Below the pieces are notes generated by a model. That model was not told the origin of the DNA, ran no database searches, and saw nothing but the letters and a program-made list of their open reading frames with translations. A stretch of 64,000 bases of DNA, taken from assembly GCA_964016885.1 (NCBI GenBank), contig OZ024741.1:203484001-203548000 (forward strand). The letters are read 5' to 3'. Source of the stretch: Eledone cirrhosa (Eukaryota). Shown here piece by piece: positions 28,801-42,589 of this stretch (positions within the stretch are counted from its first letter, which is position 1; the number at the start of each line of letters is the position of its first letter). The position numbers were made by a program, and so were the translations under genes.

Positions 28801-31800
28801 TAAACACTGTACGGCTTAATTCAGGATGTTTGTTTACAAACAAACCAAGCATTATAATAAATGTTCGGTAAATCCATACCTACATATATATATATGTGTG
28901 CATGTACGTATATATATACATACTTCTGTACGTCTGTATACATATATGTATGTACGTATACATACTTATATGTATTTAACAGCCGTACTAAGAATGAGAA
29001 TTGAAATTTCGTTTCATTTTTTCCATTTATCGTCTAGGGTGCGTCCGGCCGATTAACTCACATGATATGCAAACTAGGCTGCTCAGCCATTAATATGCAT
29101 AAGGAAAGTATATACTTTCAGACGTTCAACCATCTGCCAGGAAGGTACACCGTGCCGATGATAGCAAATATGCTTGAAACTTTTACATCGTTCCTTTGTC
29201 AGTGTTGAACAAAAGGGCAACGATGGGTGCTAAACACTGTACGGCTTAATTCAGGATGTTTGTTAACAAACAAACCGAGCATTATAATAAATGTTCGGTA
29301 AATCCATACGTACATATATATATATATATGTGTGCATGTATGTATATATATACATACTACTGTACGTCTATATATATATGTATGTACGTATACATAGTTA
29401 TATTTAAGTAACAGCCGTACTAAGTGTGAGAAATGAAATTTCGTTTCATTTTTCCATTCATCGTTTTCTGTGCACCCGGCCGATTAACGCCCTCGATATG
29501 CAAATTAGGCTGCTCAGCCGTTAATATGCATGAGAAAAGTATATACTTTCAGACGGTCAATCATCTGGCAGGAAGGTATACGATGCTGACGATAGCTAAT
29601 AAGCTTGAAACTAGTACACCGTTCCTTTGTCAGTGTTGGACAAAAGGGCAACGATGGTTGCTAAACACTGTACGGCTTAATTCGGGATGTTTGTTTACAA
29701 ACAAACCAACTACTATAATAAATTTTCGGTAACTCCATACGTACATATATATATATATGTGTGTATGTATGTATATATAAGTCTGTATACATATATGTAT
29801 GTACGTATACATACTTATATTTAAGTAACAGCCGTACTAAGAGTGAGAAATGAAAATTCGTTTCATTTTTTCCATTTATCGTTTTCGGTGCGCCCGGCCG
29901 ATTAACTTTCTTGAAATGCAAATTAGGCTGCTCAGCCGTTAATATGCATAAGGAAACAAAGTATAAATTTTCAGACGTTCAATCCTCTGGTAGAAAGGTA
30001 TACTGTGTTGACGATAGCTAAAAAGCTTGAAACTAGTACATCATTCCTTTGTCAGTGTTGGACAAATGGGCAACGATGATTGCTAAACACTGTACGGCTT
30101 AATTCGGGATGATGTTTACAAACAAACCCAGCATTATAATATATATACGTACATATATATATAAGTGTGCATGTATGTATTTATATACATACTACTTTAC
30201 GTCTGTATACATATATGTACGTATACATACTTATATTTAAGTAACAGCCGTACTAAGAGTGAGAAATGAAATTTCGATAAATTTTTTCCATTTATCATTC
30301 TCGGTGCGTCCGGCCAATTAACTCGCTCGATATGCAAATTAGGCTGCTCAGCCGTTAATATGCATAAGGAAAGAAAGTATTAAATTTCAGACTTTCAATC
30401 ATCTGATGGTTATTCACAAACAAACCGAGTATTATAATAAATGTTCGCTAAATCCATACGTACATATATATACGTGTGAATGTATGTATATATATACATA
30501 CTATTGTACGTCTGTATATATATATTTATGTACGTATACATACTTATATTTAAGTAACAGCTGTACTATGAGTGAGAAATTAAATTTCGTTTCATTTTTT
30601 CCATTTATTGTTTTCGGTGCGCCCGGCCAATTAACTCACTCGATATGCAAACTAGGCTGCTCAGCCGATAATATGCATAAGGAAAGAAAGTATAAACTTT
30701 CAGACCTTCAATCATCTGGCAGGACGGTATACGGTGCTGACGATAGGTAATAAGCATGAAACTAATATATCGTTCCTTTGTCAGTGTTGGACAAGAGAGA
30801 AACGATGGCTGCTAAACACTGTACGGCTTAATTCGGGGTGTTTGTTGACAAACTAACCCAGCATTATAATAAATGTTCGGTAAATCCATACGTACATATA
30901 TATATACGTGTGCATGTATGTATATATATACATAGTACTGTACGTCTGTATACATATATGTATTAGGTATACATACTTATATTTAAATAACAGCCGTACT
31001 AAGAGTGAGAAATGAAATTTCGTTTCATTTTTTCCCTTTATCATTTTCGGTGCGCCCGGCCGATTAACTCACTCAATATGCAAATTAGGCTGCTCAGCCG
31101 TTAATGTGCACACGGAAAGAAAGTATATACTTTCAGACGTTCAATCATCTGGCCGGAGGGTGCACCGTGCTGTCGATAGCTAATAAGCTTGAAACTAGTA
31201 CATCGTTCCGTTGTCAGTGTTGAACCAAAGAGCAACGAAGGTTGCTAAACACTGTACGGCTTGATTCGGGATCTTTGTTTACAAACAAACCGAGCATTAT
31301 AATAATGGTTCGGTAAATCCATACGTACATATATATACGTGTGCATGTATGTATATATACACATACTACTGTACATCTGTATACATATATATATGTACGT
31401 ATACATACTTATATTTAAGTAACAGCCGTATTAAGGATGAGAAATGAAATTTCGTTTCATTTTTTCCATTTATCATTTTCGGTGAGATCAGCCTATTACC
31501 TCACTCGATATGTAAATTAGGCTTTTCAGCCGTTAACATGCACAAGGAAAGAAAGTATATACTTTCAGACTTTCAATCATCTGGCAGGAAGATGCAACGT
31601 GCTGACAATAGCTAATAAGATTGAAACTAGTACATCGTTCCTTTGTCAGTGTTGAAAAAAAGGGCAACGCTCGTAGTAAAACACTGTACGGCTTAATTCG
31701 GGATGTTTGTTCACAAACAAACCGTGCACTATAATAAATGTTTCGGTAAATCCATAAATACATATATATATGTGTGCATGTTTGTATATATATAAATACA

Positions 31801-32617
31801 ACTGTACGTGTGTATACATATATGTATGTACGTATACACACTTGTATTTAAGTTATAGCCGTTCTAAGAGTGAGAAATGAAATTTCATTTTATTTTTTCC
31901 ATTTATCGTTTTCGGTGCGCTCGGCCGATTAACTCAGTCGATATATTAATTAGGCTGCTCAGCCGTTAATATGCATCAGGAAATAAAGTATAAACTTTCA
32001 GACGTTCAATCATCTGGCAGGAAGTTTGACGATAGCCAATAAGCTTGAAACTAGTACAGCGTTCCTTTGTCAGTGTTGGACAAAAGGGCAACGATGGTTG
32101 CTAAACACTGTACGGCTTAATTCGGGATGTTTGTTTACAAACAAAAAAAAGCATTATAATAAATGTTCGGTAAATCCATACGTACATATATATATGTGTG
32201 CATGTATGTATATATATATATATATATACATACTACTGTACGTCTGTATATATATGTGTATGTATGTATACATACTTATATTTAAGTAACAGCCGTACTA
32301 AGTGTGAGAAATGAAATTCGTTTCATTTTTTCCATTTATCTTTTTCGGTGCGTTGGCCGATTAACTCACTCTATATGCAAATTAGGCTGCTCAGCCGTTA
32401 ATATGCATAAGGAAAGTATATATTTTCAGACGTTCAATCATCTGGCAGGAAGATACACCGTGCTGACGATAGCAAATAAGTTTGAAACTAGTACATCGTT
32501 CCTTTGTCAATGTTGAACAAAAGGACAACGATGGGTGCTAAACACTGTACGGCTTAATTCGGGATGTTTGTTTACAAACAAACCGAGCATTATAATAAAT
32601 GTTCGGTAAATCCATAC

Positions 32618-32658
<41 letters not shown>

Positions 32659-34442
32659 TGTTCATGTATGTATATATATACATACTATTGTACGTCTGTA
32701 TATATATATGTATGTACGTATACATACTTACATTTAAGTAACAGCCGTACTAAGAGTGAGAAATGAAATTTCGTTTCATTATTTCCATTTACCGTTTTCG
32801 GTGCGCCCGGCCGATTAACTCACTCGATATGCAAACTAGGCTGCTCAGCCGTTAATATGCATAAGGAAAGAAAGTATAAACTTTCAGACGTTCAATCATC
32901 TGGCAGGAAGGTATACGGTGCTGACGATAGCTAATAAGCTTGAAACTAGTACATCGTTCCTTTGTCAGTTTTGAACAAAATGGCAACGATAGTTGCTAAA
33001 CACTGTACGGCTTAATTTGGGATGTTTGTTTACAAACAAACCCAGCATTATAATAAATGTTCGGTAAATCCATACGTACATATATATATATATGTGTGCA
33101 TGTATGTATATATATATACATACTACTGCACGTCTGTATACATATATGTATGTATGTATACATACTTATATTTATGTAACAGCCGTACTAAAAGTGAGAA
33201 TTGAAAATTCGTTTCATTTTTTCCATTTATTGTTTCGGGTCGCATTGTACGGCTTAATTCGGGATGTTTGTTTACAAACAAACCGGGCATTATAATAAAT
33301 GTTCGCTAAATTCGTACGTACATATATATATATATGTGTGTGTGTGTGCAAGTATGTACTGTAGGTTTATATATACATATATGTATGTACGTATACATAC
33401 TTATATTTAAGTAACAGCCGTACTAAGAGTGAGAAAAGAAACTAGTACATCGATCCTTTGTCAATTCTGAACAATAGGGCAACGATTGTTTCTAAACACT
33501 GTACGGCTTAATTTGGCATGTTTGTTTGCAAACAAACCGAGCATTATAATAAATGTTCGGTAAATCCATACGTACATATATATATATATATGTGTGTGCA
33601 TGTATGTATATATATATATACTACTGTAGGACCTCTATACATATATGTATGTACGTATACATACTTATATTTAAGTAAAAGCTGTACTAAGAGTGAGAAA
33701 TGAAATTTCGTTTCATTTTTTCCAATTATCGTTTTCGGTGCGCAGGCCGATTAACTCACTCTATATGCAAATTAGGCTGCTCAGCCGTTAATATGCATAA
33801 GGAAAAAAGTATATACTTTCAGACGTTCAATCATCTGGCAGGAAATTATACGGTGCTGACGATAGCTAATAAGCTTGAAACTAGTACATCGATCCTTTGT
33901 CAGAGTTGAACAAAAGGGCCACGATGGTTGCTAAACACTGTACGGCGTAATTCGGGATGTTTGTTTACAAACAAACCAAGCATTTTTAATAAATGTTCGG
34001 TAAATCCATACGTACATATATAGATATATGTGTGCATGCATATATATATATACTACTACTGTACGTCTGTATAGATATATGAATGTACGTATACATACTT
34101 ATATTTAAGTAACAGCCATACTATGAGTGAGAAATGAAATTTTGTTTCATTTTTTCCATTCATCATTTTCGGTGCGCCCGGCCGATTAACTCACTCGATA
34201 TGCAAATTAGGCTGCTCAGCCGTTAATATGCATAAGGAAAGTATATACTTTCAGACGTTCAATCGTCTGGCAGGAAGGTATACGGTGCTGACGATAGCTA
34301 ATAAGCTTGAAACTAGTCCATCGTTCGTTTGTCAGTGTTGAACAAAAGGTCAACGATGGTTGCTAAACACTGTACGGCTTAATTCGGGATGTTCGTTTAC
34401 AAACAAACCGGGCATTATAATAAGTGTTCGGTAAATCCATAC

Positions 34443-34477
<35 letters not shown>

Positions 34478-34478
34478 C

Positions 34479-34480
<2 letters not shown>
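14097..34480 (+). repeat. ~430-bp tandem satellite, ~48 units, nearly all with a minimal hammerhead ribozyme (retrozyme-like array); higher-order repeats
   Basis: HHR positions recur at 14221, 14651, 15081... 34283. Identical ORF pairs show periods of 1716, ~1294 and 5047 bp. Confidence 0.95.
16364..16404 (+). ncRNA. Representative satellite hammerhead ribozyme (minimal type I)
   Basis: CGGTG CTGACGA T AGC TAATAA GCT T GAAA CTAG TA CATCG: stem I 5 bp (one G.U), stem II 3 bp, palindromic stem III ACTAGT, GTA cleavage site. Confidence 0.85.
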
Positions 34481-34548
<68 letters not shown>

Positions 34549-34740
34549 CATATAAATATATATTTACGTACGTTATTCCGGGTTGAATCGGAGGTAACCA
34601 TGTTAAGTAAGGTACTCAATACATAGCAGAGTATAAATGTTTTAATATAAACGAGATTCTTCAGGACTAGAAATGTATGATGATTTCTAAAGAATGAAAC
34701 AATTCCAGTCCTGTAGAATATCATCTATATTAATACTATT

Positions 34741-35343
34741 CGTTGGCAAATCACTGATGAGGGACTCATTTTATAACATGTTATCCATGTGCAACCTGCA
34801 GTATTCTTCTCCCCATTTTTTCACATATATTTACCTAAACTGCGATTCTGTTTTTCTCTCTCTCTTACTTCTCCCTCGTTCTCTCTGTTTCTCTTACTTT
34901 CTTTCGCCCCCTCTGTTATGTCAGTTAACACTTTCTCTCTACTGACCTCTTCCTCACACTTCCACTCACTCACTCACTGTTTCTCCCCTTCTCACTTCAC
35001 CCCGTTCGCGACGAAAACAATTTCCTTCTTTCTTACATTTGGATTCATCTCGAAAGGTCTTCTTTCTACGCGCTCATATATTCACCCAGCTTATGCTGAC
35101 AGAATAACTATGTAGCTTGTGCCCTTCCTATCTACGGTTAGCTTTCCTCTTTGTTGTTACTTGTCTCACTGGCTTTACGCTTTTTAATTGTCCTAATAAC
35201 TTAATTTAGTTATTATTGCACCAACGTGAGGTATATGATTTTTAATGCAATGAAATATCTATGATCGTTGGCAAAACACTGATGAGGGACTCATTTTATA
35301 ACATGTTATCCATGTGCAACCTGCAGTATTCTTCTCCCCATTT

Positions 35344-35436
<93 letters not shown>

Positions 35437-35815
35437 TCTCTGTTTCTCCCCTTCTCACTTCATCCCGTCTGGCTCGTAGTGGGTCTCTTCTTGCTTACAT
35501 CTCACATACATCGGACGGTCTGTACCTCTCTAGCTCATGAAATCCGCCCAGGTTATGCTGACCGGACAACCATGTTGCTTGTTTATTTTCCTATCTTCGG
35601 TTTGCTTTTATCCTTCTATGTTGTTTACTTGTCCCCCTTGCTTTACGCGAATTAATTCACCCAATAACTTTTTTTATTTATTGCTCGCACCAACCTGATG
35701 TATCTGATATTTAATGCGATGAAATACCAATGTTGGTTGGAAAATCACTGACGAAGGACTATTTTTATCATATGTAACCTATGTGCAACCACGCAGTATT
35801 CTTCTTTCTTCTCAT
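34741..35815 (+). repeat. Diverged tandem units of ~470-525 bp (starts 34741, 35266, 35732) with CTGAYGA boxes
   Basis: GTTGG.AAA.CACTGAYGA.GGACT...ATGTGCAACC..GCAGTATTCTTCT is present three times. Confidence 0.65.
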
Positions 35816-35895
35816 GTTATATATATATATTATATACATATATATATAGTATAAAGAAAACGAAATGTCAGTGATGCATCTGGACTCAATTTATT

Positions 35896-35988
35896 GCGTG
35901 TTACAATTGTTTCGCCGGCAGGTAGCTCGATACATGGTCGCTGTATGGATCTGGCTGATTCTACGGCTGCAGGTTCCTTCAGACACGC
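35896..35988 (-). ncRNA. Type I hammerhead ribozyme with extended stem II
   Basis: Reverse complement: GCGTGT CTGAAGG ...GCAG..CTGC.. GAAA CAATTG TA ACACGC; perfect 6-bp stem I and palindromic stem III. Confidence 0.65.
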
Positions 35989-36126
35989 GTAGTTCGTTCG
36001 GAGCAAATTTTATCACTGGGGTGTTATCATCAAAAAACCTCTTCCACTCTTGTCATGCCACTGGCTGTTGTTACTCTACGTCATCTTAAGTTCTGGTCTC
36101 TATTTACTGCTACACGGGTCATCAGC

Positions 36127-36231
<105 letters not shown>

Positions 36232-37045
36232 ATACAATAACAGAGATAGTTTAAAGCTAAACTCTGACTGGTAACCATCTCACTCACATCTTAAGTTCTG
36301 GTCTCTATTTACTGCTACACGGGTCATCAGCCATTTTATATATATATATATATATATATAACGATAGTTATAGCTCTGATTTATTTGAATTATGGAGCCC
36401 TCTGCCGCTCATCTCGAATTTTGTTTATCGTGAACTCGTGCGCCGATTTTTCGATACTCGATTATTCTACTATATATATATTTAATACAATAACAGAGAT
36501 AGTTTAAAGCTAAACTCTGACTGGTAACCATCTCACTCAACAAACATTAGGTTATATTAAAATATAAACCCAATTTAAGTGTTTGGGGTGCTAACAATAT
36601 GTATAATGTGGAAAAACCAGTTGTATTATTTTATGAGATATAATTAAAGTTAAAGTATATCTCTCTTTCCAAACAATTGTTTCATTATAAGTTTTCTACA
36701 AGTTTGGGAGAATGTTTCCAGTTTATGTAGAAGCCTAATATATAATCATGTAAGAATATATTTAGGTGGGCACTTATAAATCATCAGTGGAAGCCCATTA
36801 AACATTGATATAAGAAAACAATTTCTTAACGCTGTCAAAAATCATGTCCGTAAAGTTGCTCTCTCTCACCTCGAATGACCGCCAAATTTGAAATTCCAGG
36901 AGTTTTTGACTGAGGAAGTATCATAGCGACACGAAGCGGGAAGGGGAGACAACCCACGATCCACGAAATGAGGACAAAAAATAATATACACGCGGGTTAA
37001 TTAGTTTTTTTGAAAACATTATCAATCCAACGTGTTTAAGAACTC

Positions 37046-37140
<95 letters not shown>

Positions 37141-37161
37141 TATATACATATATATATATGC

Positions 37162-37211
<50 letters not shown>

Positions 37212-37229
37212 GCATATATATATATACAT

Positions 37230-37830
37230 GGTGGCTGCCAACTCGTTTTCGAGTACGGCCACTACTTTATATCCATGTAGGCGAACCCCTACCGATGCGC
37301 TGAACGAGTGTGACTTTTTAGTCCAGCCAGCGACTTCAAAACTCTGGTACAAACACTTCACTTGTGACAATTATTGACACATAGTGCTGGCCCAATGGTA
37401 CCATGTGACGACAAGTGCAGAGAGATCTCCAGATATAAAGCAATGCCTGTGCTGTGAAGCTTTTATAGTGAGCAAAGGCACTGCACAAAGCCAGTTCCAC
37501 TCTCTTAACCAAGATGATATTTACCAAAAAGAAGAACAAGTCAACATCATTGGATACCATCAGAGTTGCAGGTGTTATATCAGAGTTTTCCTTCTCCTAG
37601 AATTCTGCCTTGACAAAGGCTAAGGGGTCATCTCTCCCGGTGATTTTGGATGGCCATTGACTCTTAAGAGCTCCTCTGCCCTTTGACAGGTTTTGTGCTG
37701 CAGCAGGATGTCCAAAGTCACCCTCCTCACCAAGAAACCTTGGTGGGGTTGCCAGTTTAGTCGCCAACGACCCGACCATGAGACAGGTTGTACTGGGATA
37801 CATGTTACCAGTAACATGTATCCCAGTACA
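37230..37830 (-). mobile_element. RTE-5'UTR-like non-autonomous repeat with terminal hairpin
   Basis: The reverse complement contains GGAGAAGGAAAACTCTGA, recalled as an RTE 5'UTR motif. Perfect hairpin GTACTGGGATACATGTTAC CA GTAACATGTATCCCAGTAC at ~37789-37828. Confidence 0.5.
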
Positions 37831-37916
37831 TATATGCATACGTATGTATCCCAGTATATATATACATACATATATATATATATATATAAAATGTTATATA
37901 TATATATTTTTTTTCC

Positions 37917-37950
<34 letters not shown>

Positions 37951-37956
37951 CTTTTG

Positions 37957-38161
<205 letters not shown>

Positions 38162-39267
38162 CGTTTCTGAATTTGTTTAGCAAGATTCTTTATTTGAAAA
38201 CGTGTGTTGAAACCGATATTGTTATACTTTGGGAGGGTCATGTTGCCAATAAGAAACACATGCACAAGTTGCTTTCACTTCAATTTATTATAATAAATTG
38301 AGGAATTTATAAATTTCCGGTTGGTTGGTTGGTTCCACAACCGGATGGTTGTTTATATATTGTCAAAGTTCTTTCGTCACACGTTCTGTGACCTCTTCAG
38401 TGACTGAGGATTCTTTTCTTTGTTTTTGTGCCCCTCATTTGTTCTGTCCTACGCCATTTTGTTTCTGTGTGTGTGTTGTGTGCTCAGTCTGCGCATGCTC
38501 CACATCCGGGTGTCTGCGTGTGTTTATATTCGTTTATTTATTTGTTTATTTACATGTTATAGGTTGGTTGTTTGTTCTATGTGCGTGTGTGTTTTCACTT
38601 TGTCCTTAATTGTAAGTTGTGATGTTGCTGTTCCACTCTTGTTTTCTATTTAATTTTGGTTGTAATTCTTTTATGTTTATTGCCTCTGTGATTTGTCTAA
38701 ACACTGCGTCTTTTCTGTGTGTGGATTCTATTTTTATTTCTATGTTCTCTAATTTACCCTTATGTTCTATTTTAGCATGTTGGTAGAGTACAGATGATTC
38801 TTTACTATCTTGAAGGTCTCGCCAGTGTTCATTTATCCGTTCCCTTACACTACGAGCTGTCTCACCTATGTACACTATATTTTTATCTCTACATTGTCCT
38901 TCAGTACATCTTATGCTAGATACTACATTTCTAGTTTTACATTTAATATACAGGTTATACATTTCTTATCTATACAGGTGGGTCTTTGAAAAGGGTAAGT
39001 CTTGCTAATAAGTGTTTTTATGGAGGTACCTGGTCTTTCTACTATCTTAATATTGAGTTTATGTTTATCTAGGGCCCTTCTAAATTTGTAAGCTAATTCA
39101 CCTCTAGGGGTTGTATCGATGAACATTAGACTCTGGTATTTATTGCTAACATACCATGAGTTTATTCTGTTAGCCTTATTCCTAGTTCTTTCAATTCTAT
39201 TCCAAAATTTGCTCCTATACAAGGGGCAGGTCCCATTTGTGTCATTATTTACCATTTTTTCCCATTT

Positions 39268-40228
39268 AGACACAGAGCTCTGGTTAGATACAATTAATAA
39301 CAAAAAACAAATCCTCCATTCCCATTATGCCAAACCCATGACTTCCAAATATCTGATCCACCGAAACTCAGCTGTTTCGGACCATACAAAAATCAACATA
39401 CTGATTGCGGATTTGGTACGGGTGATGACAAACGTGTCCCGCATGTGCAACCCCGAAGAACTAGAGAGACACATACAACACTTCATCCACCGTATGCAGT
39501 TCTCTGGTTACAATCAGAGAGATAAAATCAGAGTGTATAGAGGAGCCAGAACCAAATGGGAAAAAATGGTAAATAATGACACAAATGGGACCTGCCCCTT
39601 GTATAGGAGCAAATTTTGGAATAGAATAGAAAGAACTAGGAATAAGGCTAATAGAATAAACTCATGGTATGATAGCAATAAATACCAGAGTGTAATGTTC
39701 ATCGATACAACCCCTAGAGGTGAATTAGCTTACAAATTTAGAAGGGCCCTAGATAAACATAAAGTCAATATTAAAATAGTAGAAAGACCAGGTACCTCCG
39801 TAAAAACACTTATTAGCAAGACATACCCTTTTCAAAGACCCCCCTGTATAGATAAGACATGTATAACCTGTAAATTAAGCCCCCATATTAACTGTAAAAC
39901 TAGAAATGTAGTATCTAGCATAAGATGTACTGAAGGACAATGTAGAGATAAAAATATAGTGTACATAGGTGAGACAGCTCGTAGTGTAAGGGAACGGATA
40001 AATGAACACTGGCGAGACCTTCAAGATAGTAAAGAATCATCTGTACTCTACCAACATGCTAAAATAGAACATAAGGGTAAATTAGAGAACATAGAAATAA
40101 AAATAGAATCCACACACAGAAAAGACGCAGTGTTTAGACAAATCACAGAGGCAATAAACATAAAAGAATTACAACCAAAATTAAATAGAAAACATGAGTG
40201 GAACAGCAACATCACAACTTACAATTAA
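39268..40228 (+). pseudogene. PLE RT thumb + Cys linker + GIY-YIG endonuclease (open but 5'-truncated)
   Basis: LDTELW..HYAKPM..HRNSA; CIDKTCITC...C; [17 protein letters not shown]; EA.NI...PKLN. Confidence 0.88.
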
Positions 40229-40429
40229 GGACAAAATGAAAACACACACGCACAGAGAACAAACAACCAACCTGTAACATGTAAATAAACAAATAAATAA
40301 ACGAATATAAACACACACAGACGCCCGAATGTGGCGCATGCGCAGACTGAGCACACAACACACACACAGAAACAAAATGGCGTAGGACAGAACAAAGGAG
40401 AGGCACAAAAACAAAGAAAAGAATCCCCA

Positions 40430-40472
40430 GTCACTGAAGAGGTCACAGAGTGTGTGACGAAAGAACTTTGAC
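40430..40472 (+). ncRNA. Minimal hammerhead ribozyme in PLE family A pLTR (copies 38362-38404 -, 40869-40911 -, 42286-42330 +, 62511-62553 -, 63927-63971 +)
   Basis: GTCA CTGAAGA G GTCACA GAGTG TGTGAC GAAA GAAC T(T/A) TGAC; lies on the sense strand of the element. Confidence 0.82.
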
Positions 40473-40633
40473 AATATATAAACAACCATCCGGTTGTGGA
40501 ACCAACCAACCAACCGGAAATTTATAAATTCCTCAATTTATAAATTTATTATAATAAATTGAAGTGAAAGCAACGGGTGCGTGTGTTTCTTATTGTCAAC
40601 ATGACCCTCCCAAACATGACCCTCCCAAAGTAT

Positions 40634-40710
<77 letters not shown>

Positions 40711-40717
40711 TATATAT

Positions 40718-42540
40718 ATTGTTATACTTTGGGAGTGTCATGTTGCCAATAAGAAACACACGCACCAGTTGCTTTCACTTCAATTTATTATAATAAATTT
40801 ATAATAAATTTATAAATTTATAAATTTCTGGTTGGTTGGTTCCACAACCAGATAGTTGTTTATATATTGTCATAGTTCTTTCGTCACACACTCTGTGACC
40901 TCTTCAGTGACTGGGGATTCCTTTCTTTGTTTCTGTGCCTCTCCTTTGTTCTGTCCTACGCCATTTTGTTTCTGTGTGTGTGTTGTGTGCTCAGTCTGCG
41001 CATGCGCCACATCCGGGTGTCTGTGTGTGTTTATGTTCATTTATTTATTTGTTTATTTACATGTTACTGGTTGGTTGTTTGTTCTATGTGTGTGTGTGTT
41101 TTCATTTTGTCCTTAATTGTAAGTTGTGATGTTGCTGTTCCACTCATAATTTCTATTTAATTTTGGTTGTAATTCTTTTATGTTTATTGCCTCTGTAATT
41201 TGTCTAAACATTGCGTCTTTTCTGTGTGTAGATTCTATTTTTATTTCTATGTTCTCTAATTTACCCTTGTGTTCTATTTTAGCATGTTGGTAGAGTACAG
41301 ATGATTCTTTACTATCTTGAAGGTCTCGCCAGTGTTCATTTATGCGTTCCCCTACACTACGAGCTGTCTCACCTATGTACACTATATTTTTGTCTCTACA
41401 TTGTCCTTCAGTACATCTTATGCTATACACTACATTTCTAGTTTTACAGTTAATATGGGGGCTTATTTTACAGGTTATACATTTCTTATCTATACATGAG
41501 GGTCTTTGAAAAGGGTATGTCTTGCTAATAAGTGTTTTTACGGAGGTACCTGGTCTTTCTACTATCTTAATATTGAGTTTATGTTTATTTAGGGCCCTTC
41601 TAAATTTGTATACTAATTCACCTCTAGGGGTTGTATCGATGAACATTACACTCTGGTATTTATTGCTATCATACCATGAGTTTATTCTATTAGCCTTGTT
41701 CCTAGTTCTTTCTAGTCTATTCCAAAATTTGCTCCTATACAAGGGGCAGGTCCCATTTATGTCATTATTTACCATTTTTTCCCATTTGGTTCTGGCTCTT
41801 CTATACACTCTGATTTTATCTCTCTGATTGTAACCAGAGAACTGCATACGGTGGATGAAGTGTTGTATGTGTCTCTCTAGTTCTTCGGGGTTGCACATGC
41901 GGGACACATTTCTCATCACCCGTACCAAATCCGCAATCAGTATGTTGATTTTGGTATGGTCCGAAACGGCCGAGTTTCGGTGGATCAGATGTTTGGAAAT
42001 CATGGGTTTGGCATAATGGGAATGGAGGATTTGTTTTTTGATGTTAATGGTATCTAGCCAGAGCTCTGTGTCTAGTACAGGTAATCGATGGTTGGGGTGT
42101 TTACTTGGGTAGTCTATAGTAACTCTAATGCTCTGGTGGATGGAGTTTGCTATTAGCTGGATGCTTTCCATTGTGTTTTTCTCTAGTTCCTGACTGTTCT
42201 CTAGTGGGGGTGTCTTAACTACGATGTTTATATCATCAACGTAGCGGGAGTATATTATCAGGGTTAAGGGGTCTTCTAATTGTTCTGTCACTGAAGAGGT
42301 CACAGAGTGTGTGATGAAAGAACTATGACAATATATAAACAACTATCTGGTTGTGGAACCAACCAACCAACCAGAAATTTATAAATTTATAAATTTATTA
42401 TAAATTTATTATAATAAATTGAAGTGAAACAACTGGTGCGTGTGTTTCTTATTGGCAACATGACCCTCCCAAAGTATAACAATATCGGTTTCAATACACG
42501 ATTTCAGATAAAGAATCTTGCTAAACAAATTCAGAAACGA
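40718..42540 (-). mobile_element. Penelope-like element family A, 5'-truncated just upstream of YVDD, capped by an inverted pLTR (42286-42540)
   Basis: ORF 41113-42342 carries YSRYVDDI, RLPVLDTELW and VVYSIRC/YIGETAR. Its first ~19 aa come from the inverted pLTR. Confidence 0.9.
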
Positions 42541-42589
42541 TATATATATATAACTTTTGCCAATATATATATATGCATATATATATATT

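Noticed and set aside
14097-34480. CRISPR array or repeated protein-coding gene (many 60-126 aa ORFs)
   Set aside because: There are no unique spacers and no cas genes, and the context is eukaryotic. ORFs vary in frame and length with microsatellite slippage and show no domain motifs.
36700-36795. Minus-strand CTGATGA...GAAA HHR candidate
   Set aside because: Stem II is plausible but stem I and stem III do not close; too degenerate to call.
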